Positions 9,840 through 18,423 of a DNA stretch of 60,971 bases are shown here, in pieces. The stretch's first letter is position 1. Each line of letters starts with the position of its first letter. Location: IMG/VR virus record IMGVR_UViG_3300038423_000674. One strand, written 5' to 3'. Both the position numbers and the translations under genes were made by a program. The stretch comes from an uncultured virus (IMG/VR IMGVR_UViG_3300038423_000674). Lineage: Duplodnaviria; Heunggongvirae; Uroviricota; Caudoviricetes. Below the pieces are notes generated by a model. It made no database searches. It had not been told where the DNA came from and was given only the letters and a program-made list of their open reading frames with translations.

Positions 9840-11258
9840 CTACTCCTCTTCCGTATACCTGTCGAAGCTGGCGGCCAGCTTGCGCACCTCTTCGAGCGTG
9901 TAGGACTTCAATATCCTCCCGTCCTCGAACACCGTGTGCAGGAGGTTCCCGGCCTCGTTGTTCTTCCATCCGTGCTGGGCCACGCGAAAGTCCTCTTTGC
10001 CATGCATGAGGAGGTCGAACCGGCCCCCGATGGACGCCTTGCCCGGGTCCGCCGTGGTGGTTTTGTACACGTCGAACCATTCGCCGCCGCGCCTTACCGC
10101 CGAGCACTTGATTGCGAAGCGCATCGTGTCGCGGTTCTGCTGCTGGAGGAGCGCGCCGCCCATGCCATAGCCCCAGTTGTCCATGGACCACCCGGCCCGG
10201 GTGAGGTGCGAGTTGATGCGGAGGATGTTCTGGTAGTTGACGCCGTCCCCCTGGATGACCCTGACCTTCGGGTTCAGCACCCTCCATCCCTTCTGGTTGG
10301 TGTCGAACCCGAACTTCTCCGCCAGGGCGTTGAAGATGTCCTCAATCACCACGCAGGGGTCGCCGGAATCCGGGCGCAGGACGACGGTGCCGTTCCTTTG
10401 CAGGACTTTGTCCCGCAGCTTGCCCCCGAAGATTTCCGACACCGCATGGTGGGCGTCGTAGCTGTCGACGACGCATGCCGCCAGGGGCGTGGGGCTCCTG
10501 CCCAGCATGTTGGCATATGCCTCGGCCTCGTGCGCCTCCCCCCAGGACGTGACGGTCGAGTGCTCCATCGCGGGGATGGAGAATCCCGCCATGGGGGCAG
10601 CGTAGTACCCCCGCAGGAGGGCGAGCGCCGCCATGGTGTCGGTACCAAGGAAGTTGACCAAGTGCGCCGCCCCGCCGATGGCTGCGGTCTCCTCCGAAGA
10701 CACCCCCCGGTAGCCGAAGTCATGCAGCTTAAAGGGCAGGAGGGCGGGGTCGCCGGTGCGGACGAGGTCCTTGCCGATGGCCTGCTTGATCTCGAAGGAA
10801 AGGGTCCCGACCGTGATCGGATACCACACCTTGAGCAATAGGGTCTCCGCCCAGTTGGTGAGCCATGGGAACTCGGGATTCGTGTTCTCGACGGTCATGA
10901 GGACGTTCTTGACCGGCACCACCATGCCCTCCGGCACCGCCCTTACGCGGAGCGGCAGGCTGCCGTCGTGCTTCTCCAGGAGGCGCATCCAGCCTTCCCG
11001 GTTGAACACCCGGTAGTCCCCGAAGTGCTCCTTGGCCAGCTCGCTTGCCTCGTTGACGTCGCTCCTGTTGAAGACCTCCCCCTCGAAGTATGCCTTGAGG
11101 ATGTACTGGAGCCCGAAGAACAGGGTGTGCTTCCAGAAGCCGCCCCGGGACATCAGGTATGAATAGACGTGCTCGACGTCCGGGGGGTACTGGAACCAGT
11201 GCGACAGCTTGTAGCTGTCGGTCCTGAGCAACGGATTGATCCAAAGCCTTTTCGGCAT
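9840..11258 (-). CDS. nadV: Nicotinamide phosphoribosyltransferase (NAMPT)
   Basis: TDSYKLSHWFQYP, LHDFGYRGVSS, FLGTDT, SIPAMEHS, VVDSYD, LRPDSGDP, VIQGDG, GMGGALLQ. Confidence 0.95.
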   Translation of the reverse strand: MPKRLWINPLLRTDSYKLSHWFQYPPDVEHVYSYLMSRGGFWKHTLFFGLQYILKAYFEGEVFNRSDVNEASELAKEHFGDYRVFNREGWMRLLEKHDGSLPLRVRAVPEGMVVPVKNVLMTVENTNPEFPWLTNWAETLLLKVWYPITVGTLSFEIKQAIGKDLVRTGDPALLPFKLHDFGYRGVSSEETAAIGGAAHLVNFLGTDTMAALALLRGYYAAPMAGFSIPAMEHSTVTSWGEAHEAEAYANMLGRSPTPLAACVVDSYDAHHAVSEIFGGKLRDKVLQRNGTVVLRPDSGDPCVVIEDIFNALAEKFGFDTNQKGWRVLNPKVRVIQGDGVNYQNILRINSHLTRAGWSMDNWGYGMGGALLQQQNRDTMRFAIKCSAVRRGGEWFDVYKTTTADPGKASIGGRFDLLMHGKEDFRVAQHGWKNNEAGNLLHTVFEDGRILKSYTLEEVRKLAASFDRYTEEE

Positions 11259-11294
11259 GCCTTCCTCCTCGTCTTTATGCCCCCGTCCGCGGGG

Positions 11295-11486
11295 TCAAAT
11301 CCTGTCCCGCGAGTCGTCCCAGGGGTCGCCGGACGCCACCAGGTCTTGGATGTCCTTCTCGATGGCGTCCAGGCGCTTCTGTTCTTCCGGCACAAGCCCG
11401 CCCTTCTCGGCTTGTCTTTCCAGGACTCTCTTTGACGCCTGGAGCGACTCCAGGCGGTTGTGCGCTGCCCTTGCCAATATGCCCAT
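11295..11486 (-). CDS. Hypothetical protein
   Basis: 63-aa ORF between nadM and nadV. Confidence 0.55.
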   Translation of the reverse strand: MGILARAAHNRLESLQASKRVLERQAEKGGLVPEEQKRLDAIEKDIQDLVASGDPWDDSRDRI

Positions 11487-11487
11487 T

Positions 11488-12438
11488 TCAGTCTCCTTCT
11501 TCCGTTCCGATGAATTGCCCGCCTAGGGCCCTGCGGGCCGAGGCATGGAGCATCTCGAACAGGGGCTTGTGCTCCTCCTCGATGTCCGCCTCCGTCACCG
11601 CAGCAAGGTCGAACCACCGGCATTCGGCGAGGTCGTCGGCGGCCCTGCCGCCCAGGGTCGTGGACCATGCGACGAAGAACAGGGTCTTCATGCCCTCGGA
11701 CTTCTCCGCCTTCCAGCGCCAGCTCTCTATCCGCGAGGAGCCGACGTACCCGATGCCCGACACGTCCAGTCCCGTCTCCTCGAAGGCCTCGTCCTTGACG
11801 TCCTGCTCGAAGGTGGGGGTGAGGGGCTTGGCATGTCCCCCGACGAACCTCCATCCGACGTCCTCGGCCTTCTTCCCGAGCAGGATGGATACCCCGCCGT
11901 CCCCCCTGGCATGCAGGATGGCGACGTCGACCGTGGTGATGCAGCGGGGGTATAGCTGGTTCATGGCATAGATGACGCCCGCCCGGAACTTGGGGTCCTC
12001 CATGACCTCGTTGGTCAGCTTCTCCCGGATGTCCGTGGCCGAAAGGGACGTCGGGACCTCGACGTCCAGCTCCTTGACCCCGTGCCTGCCGTGGTAGAAC
12101 GGGGCGAAGCTTTCCCTGGAACCGTACAGCACGATCTCGGCTGGCACGCCGCCCACGGCATCGTCGATGCGGGCGTCCAGCTCGGTGCTCCATTCCTCGT
12201 CCGTCTTCTTGTCCTGGAGGGGGAGGACGGTGAAGTCCGGGAACTTGGCCTGCACCATCTTCCTGCGGGTCTCGAAGTCCAGCGGATCGTGCCGGGTGGG
12301 CCCGACCTTGGTGCATCCCAGGAACACGATGACGCGGCTGTGCCGCCCGCGGACCACGCGGAACAGCTCCATGTGCCCGTCGTGCAGCTCGTGGACCTGG
12401 AAGCGGCCGACCACCACGCCGAAAGACGGCTTATTCAT
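11488..12438 (-). CDS. nadM: Bifunctional NMN adenylyltransferase / Nudix hydrolase
   Basis: GRFQVHELHDGH (HxGH), SATDIR, GG...EAFEETG Nudix box, AADDL. Confidence 0.92.
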   Translation of the reverse strand: MNKPSFGVVVGRFQVHELHDGHMELFRVVRGRHSRVIVFLGCTKVGPTRHDPLDFETRRKMVQAKFPDFTVLPLQDKKTDEEWSTELDARIDDAVGGVPAEIVLYGSRESFAPFYHGRHGVKELDVEVPTSLSATDIREKLTNEVMEDPKFRAGVIYAMNQLYPRCITTVDVAILHARGDGGVSILLGKKAEDVGWRFVGGHAKPLTPTFEQDVKDEAFEETGLDVSGIGYVGSSRIESWRWKAEKSEGMKTLFFVAWSTTLGGRAADDLAECRWFDLAAVTEADIEEEHKPLFEMLHASARRALGGQFIGTEEGD

Positions 12439-12697
12439 GCGGCCTCCGTCGCTTTTGCGTTCTGGGGGCCTCGGGCAAATCGGCCCAGTGCGAGACCTCT
12501 TCCTCATAGAAGGTCGAGCCCTGCAGGGATACGAATACGGGAAGATTGTAAGCGTTCAAGAAATACCTGCCAGCGCAAACGGTATGTCGCTTGTTGTTGC
12601 TAGGAACGTTGAAAAGCACTGGGGCGTAGCCGCTGCCGACCTGGATTTCAGGCTTGCCTTCCTTGAGCGTCCTCCAATGTATTTGAACGGTAGTCAT
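12431..12697 (-). CDS. Hypothetical protein (DUF551-like)
   Basis: Ends VSHWADLPEAP; lower GC. Confidence 0.5.
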   Translation of the reverse strand: MTTVQIHWRTLKEGKPEIQVGSGYAPVLFNVPSNNKRHTVCAGRYFLNAYNLPVFVSLQGSTFYEEEVSHWADLPEAPRTQKRRRPHE

Positions 12698-12939
12698 TCC
12701 ACCCTCCGTCCGTTGCCGATGATTTCGTATTCGATCAGTTCCTTGGTGCCGTGCTGCGGAAGGACGGCGAACTCCCTTACGGCCTTGTCCCTTTCCATGA
12801 CGAAGCCGTAATCGGCGACGCCCCAGTAGCCCTCCCCGCCGTCCCCGTGGCCCGGCATCCAGTCCACCCAGGGTGGCCCTTTGAACATGAACACGTCCAC
12901 TTCGTTCCTTACTGCTCCGGTCCCGACCCACAGCTTCAT
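12694..12939 (-). CDS. Hypothetical protein
   Basis: ATGA-coupled ORF, MKLWVGTG... Confidence 0.55.
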   Translation of the reverse strand: MKLWVGTGAVRNEVDVFMFKGPPWVDWMPGHGDGGEGYWGVADYGFVMERDKAVREFAVLPQHGTKELIEYEIIGNGRRVE

Positions 12940-13247
12940 GATTTGCTCCCTTCCTGGGGCGGTATGCGCCCGTAGGAAAATTCTATCCCGGCATATTCCT
13001 CGGGGTTCGCCAGCACCACCCTGAGGCCGCGATCCAGGCCGCGCTGGTCGATGGGATACATGCCGTGGATGCCGTTGTGGACCTGGACATACGAACCCAC
13101 GTACGAGTTTCCCGGCCATCGTTCGAGGATTTCCCGCTCAAGGAGGTGGAACAGCCACTCCCCGCAGTACGCATGGTGGACCCTGACGACCTTGCCGAAG
13201 GACGGCCTGAGGTCCTCGACCTTCTTTATCTCCAAGCCAACGTCCAT
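12936..13247 (-). CDS. Hypothetical protein
   Basis: Lies just downstream of a GTGTATAAT box; MDVGLEIKK... Confidence 0.5.
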   Translation of the reverse strand: MDVGLEIKKVEDLRPSFGKVVRVHHAYCGEWLFHLLEREILERWPGNSYVGSYVQVHNGIHGMYPIDQRGLDRGLRVVLANPEEYAGIEFSYGRIPPQEGSKS

Positions 13248-13315
13248 CGCCTGCATTATACACCCTTCCGTGTATGAATTCGTGCAATTCCGGCAGTGGG
13301 GACGCTTCCGTGCAT

Positions 13316-14296
13316 TCAGTCCTTGAAGCCCACGGGCGACGCATCTTCGTTGTTCTTGGGCTTTACCCTCATGGCCTTGAGCCTCTCCAGCGTCTCGCCG
13401 AACGACCGGTCGAGGCATTGCGTCGCCGCGACGACCTCCCGCAGGTGCGCCACGCTGAGGCCCTCCGTCTCCTTTGCCCACGTCCGGATCGTTTCCTCGG
13501 GCACCCTCCCCTTGAGGATGTGCTCGAAATACTTGACCCTTGCCCGTTCGTCCGGCATGCGGACCTTGATGACCTCGTCGAACCGGCTGGGCCGGTTGAC
13601 GATCCTCGGGCCCAGGAGGCCGGGATAGTTGGTGGTGGCGAGGTACACGACGTTGTTCACTTGGTCCTCCCCGTCCAGGAGGGCAAGGAGGCTGTGCTCC
13701 CCATAGGCGGAGATGAGCTCCTCGATGTCCTCTATGACGATGATGAGCGGGCGGGAGGGCTCGATTTTGCGGAGGATGCTGAGGGCCTTGCTGCACATCT
13801 TCGGGTTGTCGCACAGGACGACTATCCCGCCTCGGGACACGAGCTTCCGCATCAGGATGCTCACGGCGACGGTCTTCCCGGATCCCGCGGGGCCCCAGAG
13901 GAGGATGCCCCGCTTGAACAGGATGCCCCTTTCTTCGAAGCGGTGCTTCGACTCCCAGAACTTCTCGATGGACCCCACCACCCTGGCGGTGACGGTCTCC
14001 CCGAGGTCGATGATGGCGTCCGTGAGGGGGTTGGACTTGACGAAGAGGAGCATCCCGTCCGGGGTCCTGTCCAGCTTGTACACGTCCGGGGGCAGGGAGC
14101 CCTCGGTGTGCGAGGCGGCCGAGAATGCCCCGTTGGAAAGGACCTGCCACTGGCAGTAGCTGTACGGCCATTCGTTTTTGGGCCTCCCTTCCGGGGCGTC
14201 GCCGGTGGCCGGACCGTCGTTCTGCGCGATGGTCCGGTTGGGACGGTCTGGCTTCTCGTCCAGCAGCTCCTGAAGTTCCTGCATGTCGTCTGCCAT
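13316..14296 (-). CDS. AAA+ ATPase
   Basis: GILLWGPAGSGKT, IVIEDIE, ATTNY, NRPSRFD. Confidence 0.9.
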   Translation of the reverse strand: MADDMQELQELLDEKPDRPNRTIAQNDGPATGDAPEGRPKNEWPYSYCQWQVLSNGAFSAASHTEGSLPPDVYKLDRTPDGMLLFVKSNPLTDAIIDLGETVTARVVGSIEKFWESKHRFEERGILFKRGILLWGPAGSGKTVAVSILMRKLVSRGGIVVLCDNPKMCSKALSILRKIEPSRPLIIVIEDIEELISAYGEHSLLALLDGEDQVNNVVYLATTNYPGLLGPRIVNRPSRFDEVIKVRMPDERARVKYFEHILKGRVPEETIRTWAKETEGLSVAHLREVVAATQCLDRSFGETLERLKAMRVKPKNNEDASPVGFKD

Positions 14297-14311
14297 TGTG
14301 TGTCCTCCGGA

Positions 14312-14890
14312 CTACTTGTTGAACAGGTTGAGCTCCGGTGCCCGCTTGGTGTCGAAGTCCTGCTCCGTCTTGGTGCTGGTCACGATGTCGTACTTCGACA
14401 GGTCGATGTGCGGGTAGTGGGCGACCAGGTTGTAGAAGCGCCCGTGCATGGTGCCGGTCAGGAGGTTCTGGTACTCCTGCTTCCTGGACACCAGCTCGGT
14501 CTGCGCCTGGGCGAACTGGTTGTGGAATATCTCCACGGCCTGCTGGATGTCCCTGTACACCGAGGCGTCGATGGTCGGGTTCTGCTCCTTGATGAACTGG
14601 AGCAGCGCCTGGGAGCCGTTGGGGCCGTAGCGCCCCTTCATGACCCCGTCGTAGACGTCCTTCATCTGCCCTATGTACTCCTTGGGCACCTGGGCCTTCT
14701 CCATGACCGTCTTCCAGCCGTTGTCGTACACGTTCTTGTTGTTGGTCCAGGCGGCCACGATGCCGTTCTCGGACCGGTTGGCCTCGTTTCCAAAGTTGAC
14801 GTATCCGAACGCCAGGGAGGTCGCAAGCAAGACGGCAATCCCGACAATGATCCCGACGATTGTAAGCACGGTGATGGCTGTTTTCGACAT
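14312..14890 (-). CDS. Membrane-anchored LemA-like helical protein
   Basis: Single N-terminal TM followed by a coiled-coil. Confidence 0.55.
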   Translation of the reverse strand: MSKTAITVLTIVGIIVGIAVLLATSLAFGYVNFGNEANRSENGIVAAWTNNKNVYDNGWKTVMEKAQVPKEYIGQMKDVYDGVMKGRYGPNGSQALLQFIKEQNPTIDASVYRDIQQAVEIFHNQFAQAQTELVSRKQEYQNLLTGTMHGRFYNLVAHYPHIDLSKYDIVTSTKTEQDFDTKRAPELNLFNK

Positions 14891-14901
14891 AGTTTTCTCC
14901 C

Positions 14902-15996
14902 TCAATAGTAGCGATGGTAGCTACGGTAGTGGCCGCAGCCGCCGCAGTAGTCCCCGCGCAGGTTGGCGGACGCGAAGGCCGTCGCCAGCACGGTGACGCA
15001 CTCCAGGAACAGTATGATGCCCAGGGCCCGGCCCCCCGGCTGGTGGCTGGCCGCGAGGTACTTGAGGTCCCTCATGTGGCGGCGCTCGAACCTGCCCTGG
15101 ACCTCCTTGCGCACGGCCCCCATGATGTCGTCCCTCCGGTCGAGGGTGCCTATGGCCTGTATGTCGTCCCGCAGCACCACCTTGAGGTCCTCGGCGGTGG
15201 ACCACGACACGATGCGCACCCATGAAATCTTGGGATAGCGGGTGGTGCCGATCAGGACTATGAGGTCGTTCTTCTTGCCCCCGACCCATTCCTTTTCGAG
15301 GGCGTACTGGTAGCGGGGATCGTCCGTGAACGCCAGGACGACGATGACGTTGACCTGCTTGGCGGCCCCCAGGTCGGCATTCAGCCTGTCCAGAAGCCAT
15401 TGCCAATCCTTCTCGCCCCGCACGGGCACCGCCCCGCCCAGGAGGAACCGGTTGCACCGGTAGTAGTCGTAGACCTCGCCCGGGTACGGGGGCACGAGGC
15501 CCGAGAAGCCCTCGGGGGCGTCGTGGTGGAGCAGGATGCTGTCCGTGGCGGCCAGGAGGTAGTTGGTGAACTCACGAGTCTCGGCGGTTGGTTCGCCGAC
15601 GTAGGCGGCGTCCCATCGGGGGGGCTCCAGGAGCCCCTGGCGGTCGGCGGTGGGTATACCGACGACCTTGCCAGTGGAGAAGTGCAGGTTCCAGTCCACG
15701 TCGTAGAAATGCTCGTAGCAGGTCTGGCAGTGCGAATGCCCGTCTTTGTCGGTGTGGCAATTGCAGTCATAGGAATGGCGGCATGAAACCACATCGCGAG
15801 TCTTGGCGACAATGCACCCGTTCCATATCTCGGTATCGGACGTCGCACTCCAGAACTCAACGGCCAGGCCGCCGAGCGAGAGGAGCACGCAGGCCCCCAC
15901 GGCAACCAGGAACGCCGCGATGCCGAACCTCTTGTCGACCGCCCGCGCCATCAGGCACAGGATGATCGGGACGATCAGGAGCAGGGCAAGGTACAT
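14902..15996 (-). CDS. Membrane protein with a Cys-rich loop and a C-terminal TPM-like domain
   Basis: N-terminal TMs, CRHSYDCNC...CQTCYEH, WVGGKKND, C-terminal TM. Confidence 0.6.
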   Translation of the reverse strand: MYLALLLIVPIILCLMARAVDKRFGIAAFLVAVGACVLLSLGGLAVEFWSATSDTEIWNGCIVAKTRDVVSCRHSYDCNCHTDKDGHSHCQTCYEHFYDVDWNLHFSTGKVVGIPTADRQGLLEPPRWDAAYVGEPTAETREFTNYLLAATDSILLHHDAPEGFSGLVPPYPGEVYDYYRCNRFLLGGAVPVRGEKDWQWLLDRLNADLGAAKQVNVIVVLAFTDDPRYQYALEKEWVGGKKNDLIVLIGTTRYPKISWVRIVSWSTAEDLKVVLRDDIQAIGTLDRRDDIMGAVRKEVQGRFERRHMRDLKYLAASHQPGGRALGIILFLECVTVLATAFASANLRGDYCGGCGHYRSYHRYY

Positions 15997-16769
15997 GCAT
16001 CCTCCCTTTTCTTCTTTTTGGGGATGGGCCCCTTGTCCTTCGCCCAGTCCTTGAGGTCCTGGAGGGTGAACCACCCGAAGTTGTTCTTCTGCTGCTCCAT
16101 CGGGTTGAGCCAGAACGAGAGCTCGCCGTCGCTGCGTATCTGCGGGGAGAGGGAGAAATACCTCTTGCCCTTCTTTGCCAGGAGCTTCTCGATGCCGCTC
16201 TCCCTCAGCTTCTTCTGGGCTTGGTTGCGATCCAGGTCGTTCTTTTCCCATTCCTTCCCTATGTTCGCGGGGATGCGGCTGGCTATGCCCAGGAGGAGGC
16301 TGGACCCCATGAAGTCCGTATGCAGGCAGACGATGGCGTCCATTTCCTTGAAGTGTTTGAACACCTCCTGGAGGGCGTCCGCCTCGGAGGCGACGTTGGA
16401 GGTGACCATGAAGGACTCCTCGTCCCATGCGGCCACGAGGCCGTGCCGGGCCTCGTCCAGCCGGAGGACCTGCCAGTAGTGGGCGGCGACGTTGTCCTTT
16501 TCGTACTCGACGTCGAACGGGGTGGCCATGAGGATGCCCTTCCTGCTGCCCTTGCCCACCCACGAAAGCCCCTTCGGGACCACGGACGCCTTCCTGCGGG
16601 CGACGCCCATCTCGTCGCCAGCGGGGATCCCGAAGGCCGAGAGCAGGCGTCGGATTCCGTGCTCGTGCTCGGAGCAGAAGTCGTACCCGAGGAAGACGCC
16701 CCAGACGCGATCGGGGCCCGTCTCGCTTTCCTCGTAGGCGATGCATGCCTTGGAAGTGGATTTTCTCAT
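15975..16769 (-). CDS. Hypothetical protein
   Basis: 264 aa, GGAGG RBS. Confidence 0.7.
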   Translation of the reverse strand: MRKSTSKACIAYEESETGPDRVWGVFLGYDFCSEHEHGIRRLLSAFGIPAGDEMGVARRKASVVPKGLSWVGKGSRKGILMATPFDVEYEKDNVAAHYWQVLRLDEARHGLVAAWDEESFMVTSNVASEADALQEVFKHFKEMDAIVCLHTDFMGSSLLLGIASRIPANIGKEWEKNDLDRNQAQKKLRESGIEKLLAKKGKRYFSLSPQIRSDGELSFWLNPMEQQKNNFGWFTLQDLKDWAKDKGPIPKKKKREDACTLPCS

Positions 16770-16802
16770 GGCTTTCCTCCTAGCTTGGCCTTGCGCCCGT
16801 CG

Positions 16803-17141
16803 TCAGTCCTTCCTTGCCGTGCCGTTCTTCTTGGGCACGGTGAGCCGCTCCGCGTCGAACCACCTCGGGCGGTGGGACGCGCCTCGCCGGGGGCGCTTGG
16901 CGGGACGGGGCGGAGGCGGCTCCTCCTTGAACGCCCACTCGGGGTTGGCCTCCAGGAAGTCAAAGTAAAAACTCTTCATCTCGTCGAGCCCGGCCTTGGT
17001 GTTGGAGGGGGATGCCGCTGGGCCCATGCGGTCAACCGCCGCCTTGTACAGCTCCTTGAGCCTCCGCCTGCCCACGGGTGGGATGACCCGGAAGTACTCC
17101 CACAGCAGGGCTTCTGTCCTTTGTTGGTTCAGTTCGGTCAT
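16803..17141 (-). CDS. Hypothetical protein
   Basis: AGGAG RBS, 112 aa. Confidence 0.55.
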   Translation of the reverse strand: MTELNQQRTEALLWEYFRVIPPVGRRRLKELYKAAVDRMGPAASPSNTKAGLDEMKSFYFDFLEANPEWAFKEEPPPPRPAKRPRRGASHRPRWFDAERLTVPKKNGTARKD

Positions 17142-17407
17142 GATGACTCCTGGAATCTTGGATTGGGGGACTCGGGGTCCCCCTGCAGCATTCGAAGCAT
17201 CGCTTCCTGGCGGCGGCCCCGCTCAGGGCCCGTGCCAGGTCGCCGATCAATTCCGATTTGCCCTTGTTCCCGATGCGGCCCCGGACGACGTGCCCGCATT
17301 CCAGGGCGATCCTGGGGACCCGGACGTCGGGGTTCACGGGCGAGGGAATCGTGTACTCCCTGACCACCTTCCGCATTTTGTAGGGGATTCGCATCCTTCC
17401 TCAATGG

Positions 17408-17436
17408 TAGTATACCTCGGGAAGAAGGAAATGCAA
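17408..17436 (-). promoter_or_regulatory. Sigma70-like promoter
   Basis: TTGCAT-N16-TATACT on the - strand. Confidence 0.5.
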
Positions 17437-17461
17437 GGGGATTCTGCCTCCCGTCCTTCAC

Positions 17462-18043
17462 TCACTCGCCCAGATGGGTGGACTTTCTGAGTTCCTTTTT
17501 GGCCAAATCCCACGCTCGCCGATAATCGGAAAGCACGGCGGAATCCACCTTGTAGCCCTTCGAAAGGTTGTTTGCCTTGATCAGTTCCACCACGTCGGCC
17601 AGGTCCTGCTGCCTCCCGGCGGAAAGCTTTGCGGACAGGAGGTCGGCAAGTGTCAGGAACACGGGCACGGCAGATACCTTGATGGGCATGGGAAGGGCGA
17701 CTAAGCCTCCCTTGGACACGGTGCTCCCCCCCTTCAGCAGGTCTATGGGGACCTTCGTTTCCCTGTCCGTCACGGTCATTCCGCTTCCTTGGTTCTTCCT
17801 GAACAGGCCGCTCTGCCGGAGCCGCCACATCGCATGCCCGGGGTCCGGGACGATGACGTCCACGTCGATGGTCAGCCGCGGGTACCCATGCTCCTGCACG
17901 GCGAACCCGCCGCAGACGTAGTGCGGGATGCCCCACTCGGCCAGGACGGACACCGCCTTCTTGAGGGTCGTTTCGAGCGACGTGGTGGCGGTCGCTCTGC
18001 GCAAGAATGTAGCCCTGAAATTGAGTGGCACGGATGCCTCCAT
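17462..18043 (-). CDS. Pol-beta-family nucleotidyltransferase
   Basis: VCGGFAV..HG.PRLTIDVDV; K....GRQQDLADV. Confidence 0.8.
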   Translation of the reverse strand: MEASVPLNFRATFLRRATATTSLETTLKKAVSVLAEWGIPHYVCGGFAVQEHGYPRLTIDVDVIVPDPGHAMWRLRQSGLFRKNQGSGMTVTDRETKVPIDLLKGGSTVSKGGLVALPMPIKVSAVPVFLTLADLLSAKLSAGRQQDLADVVELIKANNLSKGYKVDSAVLSDYRRAWDLAKKELRKSTHLGE

Positions 18044-18066
18044 CCACATTATACAGCGAAGGCGGG

Positions 18067-18408
18067 TCAATCCTCGATCTTTTTCCAGGCGCGGGGCCGT
18101 CCCTTGAGCAAGACACGAAGCCCCCTGGCGTGCTTACACGGGGTGCGCCTCCCCGACAGCGCCAGGACGGCCCTGAACATCGAGTCGAGGCAACTGCACA
18201 CGATGGTGCAGGACCCGTTCCCCCACCCTGCCTTCCTGTCCTTGATCGCCTGGAGGTAGTAGCCCTCGGCCTCGTAGGTCAGGGAGGGCGTCGCGAACAT
18301 GCGGACGGACGACTCGTCCGGGAAGTCAATCAGGATGCGGGCGGGGATTCCGATCTCCCTGTACTGGCCGGGCCTCAGGCCCGGGTAGTTCCTGGAGAAC
18401 GAGGACAT
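18067..18408 (-). CDS. SWIM zinc-finger protein
   Basis: CSC...CKH. Confidence 0.65.
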   Translation of the reverse strand: MSSFSRNYPGLRPGQYREIGIPARILIDFPDESSVRMFATPSLTYEAEGYYLQAIKDRKAGWGNGSCTIVCSCLDSMFRAVLALSGRRTPCKHARGLRVLLKGRPRAWKKIED

Positions 18409-18423
18409 GGTGTGCCTCCTACT

